A DNA stretch of 64,000 nt, from the IMG/VR virus record IMGVR_UViG_3300027970_000006; one strand, given 5' to 3'. The DNA comes from a virus. Shown piece by piece: positions 59,908 through 64,000 of this stretch. The translations under genes were made by a program, and so were the position numbers. Below the pieces are notes generated by a model. That model worked only from the letters and a program-made list of their open reading frames with translations, did no database searches and had not been told where the DNA came from. Positions within the stretch are counted from its first letter, which is position 1; each line of letters opens with the position of its first letter.

Positions 59908-60606
59908 ATGGAAACTAAGACTTGTAGTTGTTGTCAAGAAACAAAAGATATTATTGAATTTGGTTTAAAGGGAACCAATAAGGATGTCCTGCAAAGCAGG
60001 TGTAAAATGTGTCGTAAAATAGAGTCAAGACAGTATCTTGAGAAAAATCCAAATGTTAATAAACTTTATTGGGAAAAAAATAAAGAGAGAAGAAGTGAAG
60101 AATATAAGAAATGGGTCTCTATGAACGAAAATTACCATAAAGAATGGAGATTAAAAAATTCAGAAAAAGTAAAACAATCTCGTAAATCATATGAGAAAAA
60201 AAATAAAGATAAGGTTAATGAATATAAACGACTAAAACGAAGTGAAAATTTAGAAGATTATCGGGAGAAGGAACGACTTAAATATGAAAATAATAGCCAT
60301 CTAAAATTAATTAGAAACTATAGAACTAGAGTTAAAAACTACATTAAGTTCAATAAGTTTTCGTTAAATACGGGTACTTACGAAATTGTTGGTTTAACAT
60401 CAACTGAGTTAAAAATCTATCTTGAATCTAAATTTGTTGATCTTATGTCATGGGATAATTACGGACTAAGTGGTTGGCATGTTGACCATATAATACCTCT
60501 GTCCTCCGCAAAAAATGATGAAGAATTAAAAACGTTGTGTCATTACACAAACCTACAACCTTTATGGTGGTTTGATAATTTAAGTAAGGGTTGTAAAATA
60601 GTTTAA
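59908..60606 (+). CDS. HNH homing endonuclease (start ATG 59908; track 59770)
   Basis: K.CSCC...F......CK.C, MSWDNYG..GWHVDHIIPL...LCHYTNLQPLW..DN.SK. Confidence 0.85.
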   Translation: METKTCSCCQETKDIIEFGLKGTNKDVLQSRCKMCRKIESRQYLEKNPNVNKLYWEKNKERRSEEYKKWVSMNENYHKEWRLKNSEKVKQSRKSYEKKNKDKVNEYKRLKRSENLEDYREKERLKYENNSHLKLIRNYRTRVKNYIKFNKFSLNTGTYEIVGLTSTELKIYLESKFVDLMSWDNYGLSGWHVDHIIPLSSAKNDEELKTLCHYTNLQPLWWFDNLSKGCKIV

Positions 60607-60662
60607 ATAAAAAATATTCATATTTTTTATTTTACACTTATTTTTTAATAAATTAAAATAAT

Positions 60663-61910
60663 ATGAACACCATTTTTATACAAATTGCGTCCTACAGAGA
60701 TCCTCAATTAATTCCGACAATTAAAAACTGTATTGAGAACGCAACTCATCCTGATAATTTAATTTTTGGGGTATGTCGACAATATCACCCTGAAGATGGT
60801 TTTGATGACTTATCCGAATATGATGGCGATGAAAGATTTAGAATCTTAAACATTAATTACACCGAATCTAAAGGCGTTTGTTGGGCGAGAAATCAAGTAC
60901 AACAATTATATAAAGGTGAAAAGTACACCCTTCAAATTGATTCCCATATGAGGTTCGAAAAGGGTTGGGATGGTACATTAATTAAGATGATAAAACAACT
61001 CCAAAAAAAGGGACATAAGAAACCTTTACTTACGGGTTATGTTTCATCATTTGACCCTGAAAATGATCCTGAAGCAAGGGTGCAAGAACCTTGGCGAATG
61101 TCTTTTGATAGATTTACACCTGAAGGTGTTGTATTCTTTTTACCTGAAACAATTCCAGGGTGGAAAGAAATGAAAGAGCCTATTCCTGCAAGATTTTATT
61201 CGGCTCATTTCGCATTTACGTTAGGTCAATTTAGTACTGAAGTACAACACGACCCTTTATATTATTTTCATGGTGAGGAAATTTCAATTGCGGTAAGAGC
61301 GTTTACCTATGGTTATGACTTGTTCCACCCACATAAAGTAGTTGTTTGGCACGAATATACGAGGAAATCGCGTGTGAAGTGCTGGGATGATGATAAAGAA
61401 TGGCATTTAAAAAATACGGCATGTCATAAAAGAAACAGACAACTACTTGGTGTTGATGGAGAAACATATAATGGTGATTATTCAGAATGGTTTGGGTCTG
61501 AAAGAACCATTAGAGATTATGAAAAATACGCAGGAGTTCTTTTTGAAACAAGAGGCATTCAACAAGAAACAATTGATAAAAAATATCCCCCAAATACATA
61601 TGAGTTTAAGTCAGAAGAAGAATGGAAAAATTCATTTTCAACCATATTCAAACATTGTATTGATTTAGATTTAAATCGTGTTCCTGAAACTGATTATGAT
61701 TTTTGGGTTGTCGCTTTCCATGATAAAGAACATAACACACTATTTAGACAAGACGCCGACGCCAATGAGATTATGAGAATAAAATCTGATCCTGATGGTT
61801 ATGGTAAAGTATGGAGAGAGTTTAATACAACGGAAATTCCTTCATATTGGGTGGTTTGGCCACACTCTATATCTAAAGATTGGTGTGAAAGAATTATAGG
61901 TAATTTGTAA
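60663..61910 (+). CDS. GT60-family polypeptide N-acetylglucosaminyltransferase-like protein
   Basis: TIFIQIASYRDP, S.G.CWAR, LQIDSHMRF..GWD, FHGEE...AVRAFT.GYDL. Confidence 0.85.
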   Translation: MNTIFIQIASYRDPQLIPTIKNCIENATHPDNLIFGVCRQYHPEDGFDDLSEYDGDERFRILNINYTESKGVCWARNQVQQLYKGEKYTLQIDSHMRFEKGWDGTLIKMIKQLQKKGHKKPLLTGYVSSFDPENDPEARVQEPWRMSFDRFTPEGVVFFLPETIPGWKEMKEPIPARFYSAHFAFTLGQFSTEVQHDPLYYFHGEEISIAVRAFTYGYDLFHPHKVVVWHEYTRKSRVKCWDDDKEWHLKNTACHKRNRQLLGVDGETYNGDYSEWFGSERTIRDYEKYAGVLFETRGIQQETIDKKYPPNTYEFKSEEEWKNSFSTIFKHCIDLDLNRVPETDYDFWVVAFHDKEHNTLFRQDADANEIMRIKSDPDGYGKVWREFNTTEIPSYWVVWPHSISKDWCERIIGNL

Positions 61911-61913
61911 AAT

Positions 61914-62513
61914 ATGGTTAAAGGGCATTTTGTATACGAAAACTTAATTATTAGCCAACACCAAAATGTTGGTGAAAAGTTTGATTTATTAATTTCAGAA
62001 TTAAAACCAAAAAGAATATTAGAGATTGGCACCGCAAATGGTGGTTTAACTTTAATGTTAAGAAGATTATTAAATAAAAATAATCTTAATGAGTCAATTA
62101 TTAGAACTTACGACATATTAGAACAAATCAATTTAAAAAATAAAAATGAGGCAGGAATTGAGATCATAACAAAAAACCCGTTTAACTATCCGTATAGTGA
62201 TTTAGAACATAGAAAAGAAATTGAAGACTTCATACAACAGGATGGTATTAGTTTGGTTTTATGTGATGGTGGTAGTAAAATTAATGAATTTAGATTATTA
62301 TCTTCTCTTTTAAAAATCGGAGATGTTATCATGGCTCATGATTATGCTTACGACGAAGAATATTTTAAAAATCATATTGAGAACAAGATATGGAATTGGC
62401 ACGAAATACAATTTTCAGACATAAAAGAATCTTGTGAAAAAAATAATTTAGAGTCCTACATGAACGAAGATTTTCAAGACGTGGTGTGGGTGTGTAAAGT
62501 AAAAGTAAAATGA
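61914..62513 (+). CDS. Class I SAM methyltransferase (CmcI/Methyltransf_24-like)
   Basis: ILEIGTANGG, LCDGG, AHDY. Confidence 0.75.
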   Translation: MVKGHFVYENLIISQHQNVGEKFDLLISELKPKRILEIGTANGGLTLMLRRLLNKNNLNESIIRTYDILEQINLKNKNEAGIEIITKNPFNYPYSDLEHRKEIEDFIQQDGISLVLCDGGSKINEFRLLSSLLKIGDVIMAHDYAYDEEYFKNHIENKIWNWHEIQFSDIKESCEKNNLESYMNEDFQDVVWVCKVKVK

Positions 62514-64000
62514 TCACATTAGTAACTGGTTTATGGGATATTGGTAGAGGAAACTTATCTGAAGGTTGGTCAAGATCTTTTGATCACTACTTAAATAAGT
62601 TTGAACAATTATTACAAGTAGATTGTAATATGATAATTTTTGGTGACAAAGAATTAGAAAGGTTTGTCACAGAAAGAAGAAATGAAGAAAACACACAATT
62701 TGTTTTAAGAGATTTAAGTTGGTTTAGAAATGGTGAGTTTTTTGATCAAATACAATCAATTAGAAATAATCCAAAATGGTATAATTTAGCCGGATGGTTA
62801 AAGGACTCAACTCAGGCAAAATTGGAAATGTATAACCCATTGGTTATGTCCAAAATGTTTATATTACACGATGCCCTTCTTTTGGATAAATTCAATTCAG
62901 AAAAACTTTATTGGATTGATGCTGGTTTGGCAAATACCGTTAATATGGGTTATTTTACTCACGATAATGTTTTACCAAAGATAGATAAATTATCCGATAA
63001 TTTTTTATTTGTTTGTTTTCCATATCAAGCGGATCGTGAAATTCATGGGTTTAACATTGATAAGATGACAGAGATAACGGGAACAAAAGTTGATAAAGTT
63101 TGTCGTGGTGGATTTTTTGGTGGAACAAAAGAGGTTATTCGTCAAATGAATACCCTTTATTATGAACTTATTAAGTCAACATTACAAAGGGGTTTAATGG
63201 GAACCGAAGAAAGTTTATTTTCAATTCTTTTATATAACAATCCAACAATTACCGATTATGTTGAAATTGAGTCAAATGGTCTTGTTTACAAATTTTTTGA
63301 AGACATTAAAAATGATACGGTAGAACTAAAAACATTAAGAAAAACAAAAAAAATAGTTAAAAGTTCATCGGGAGACGTTGGTCTATATGTTATTTCGTTT
63401 AATAGTCCAAAACAATTTGAAACGTTAATCAATTCTATGATGGAATATGATTCTGATTTTATTTCTAAAACAAAAAAGTTTTTATTAGATAATTCAACAG
63501 ACCTATCAACAACACCAAAATATTTAGAACTCTGTGATCAATATGGATTTGAACATATCAAAAAAGATAATATTGGAATAACTGGCGGTCGTGTTTTTGT
63601 GGCGGAACACTTTAACGACTCCGATATGGACTATTATTATTTCTTTGAAGATGATATGTTTTTCTATAATGGTAGTGAAAATGTTTGTAAAAATGGTTTT
63701 AATAGGAAAACTAAAAATCTATACAGAAAAGTTTTACAAATATTTAAAAAAGAAGAATTAGATTTTCTTAAATTAAATTTTACGGAGTTTTTTGGTAGTC
63801 ATGAAAAACAATGGTCGTGGTATAATGTGGATCAAGAGTTTAGAAAAAGTCATTGGCCTATGAACCAAAATTTACCAAGACACGGACAAGACCCAAATTC
63901 ACCATGTTTAGAGTTTAAAAATATAAAATCATATGAAGGTATTCCATATGCCACAGGAGAGGTATATTTGTCTAACTGGCCAATTATTTTATCAAAAGAA
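62510..64000 (+). CDS. HtrL/YibB (WlaTC)-family protein fused to a GT-A-like domain; partial, runs off the window
   Basis: MITLVTGLWDIGRG...RSFDHYL, YNPLVMSK, YWIDAG, GGFFGG, GTEES, then LDNS, FFEDDM; open to the end of the window; absent from the ORF track. Confidence 0.75.
   Translation, partial: MITLVTGLWDIGRGNLSEGWSRSFDHYLNKFEQLLQVDCNMIIFGDKELERFVTERRNEENTQFVLRDLSWFRNGEFFDQIQSIRNNPKWYNLAGWLKDSTQAKLEMYNPLVMSKMFILHDALLLDKFNSEKLYWIDAGLANTVNMGYFTHDNVLPKIDKLSDNFLFVCFPYQADREIHGFNIDKMTEITGTKVDKVCRGGFFGGTKEVIRQMNTLYYELIKSTLQRGLMGTEESLFSILLYNNPTITDYVEIESNGLVYKFFEDIKNDTVELKTLRKTKKIVKSSSGDVGLYVISFNSPKQFETLINSMMEYDSDFISKTKKFLLDNSTDLSTTPKYLELCDQYGFEHIKKDNIGITGGRVFVAEHFNDSDMDYYYFFEDDMFFYNGSENVCKNGFNRKTKNLYRKVLQIFKKEELDFLKLNFTEFFGSHEKQWSWYNVDQEFRKSHWPMNQNLPRHGQDPNSPCLEFKNIKSYEGIPYATGEVYLSNWPIILSKE

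Noticed and set aside
1-64000. Genome-wide TAG recoding (code 15)
   Set aside because: Core genes are full length in code 11, and TAG ends genes normally (portal 8836, 4243, 47842, dut). Only one suspicious in-frame TAG (57170) was found, followed by a truncated domain
1-64000. tRNA, tmRNA or rRNA genes; DGR or retron elements
   Set aside because: No cloverleaf/T-loop signatures, reverse transcriptase or adenine-specific variable repeat pairs were recognised by eye; a tRNAscan/Infernal run would be needed to exclude them fully

Overview
AT-rich 64-kb segment of a large T4-like (myovirus-type) phage genome, read in standard code 11. The host is probably Bacteroidota, inferred from a Bacteroidota-type bS21, a DUF4494-like gene and no Shine-Dalgarno sites at most starts. 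(i) 1-17 kb is a + strand head module: large terminase, portal, prohead protease, scaffold and major capsid protein, with an antisense ribosomal protein bS21 gene and a Hef-like homing endonuclease. (ii) 17-45 kb is mostly - strand: a baseplate spike-like gene, a gp55-like late sigma factor, PhoH, dUTPase, a PolB-type exonuclease, a WYL protein and a ~17-kb glycan cluster (Gmd, DegT, TagD, GT2/4/10/11/25, acyl- and methyltransferases). (iii) 45-64 kb holds virion fibre/decoration genes with Thr-Pro mucin-like, Gly-Thr-Ser/Asn collagen-like and long coiled-coil repeats. These are interleaved with protein-glycosylating families (Aah/TibC-type heptosyltransferase fusion, GT60) and with DUF2827 and HtrL/YibB. 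The best candidate for an undescribed system is a phage-encoded protein O-glycosylation (virion glycan shield) pathway. Also seen: a recurrent TATTTAT(A) promoter-like motif, a structured ~200-nt leader, a frameshifted scaffold C-terminus and several gene or homing-endonuclease remnants missed by the ORF track. All family assignments come from motif recognition by eye; no database searches were run.
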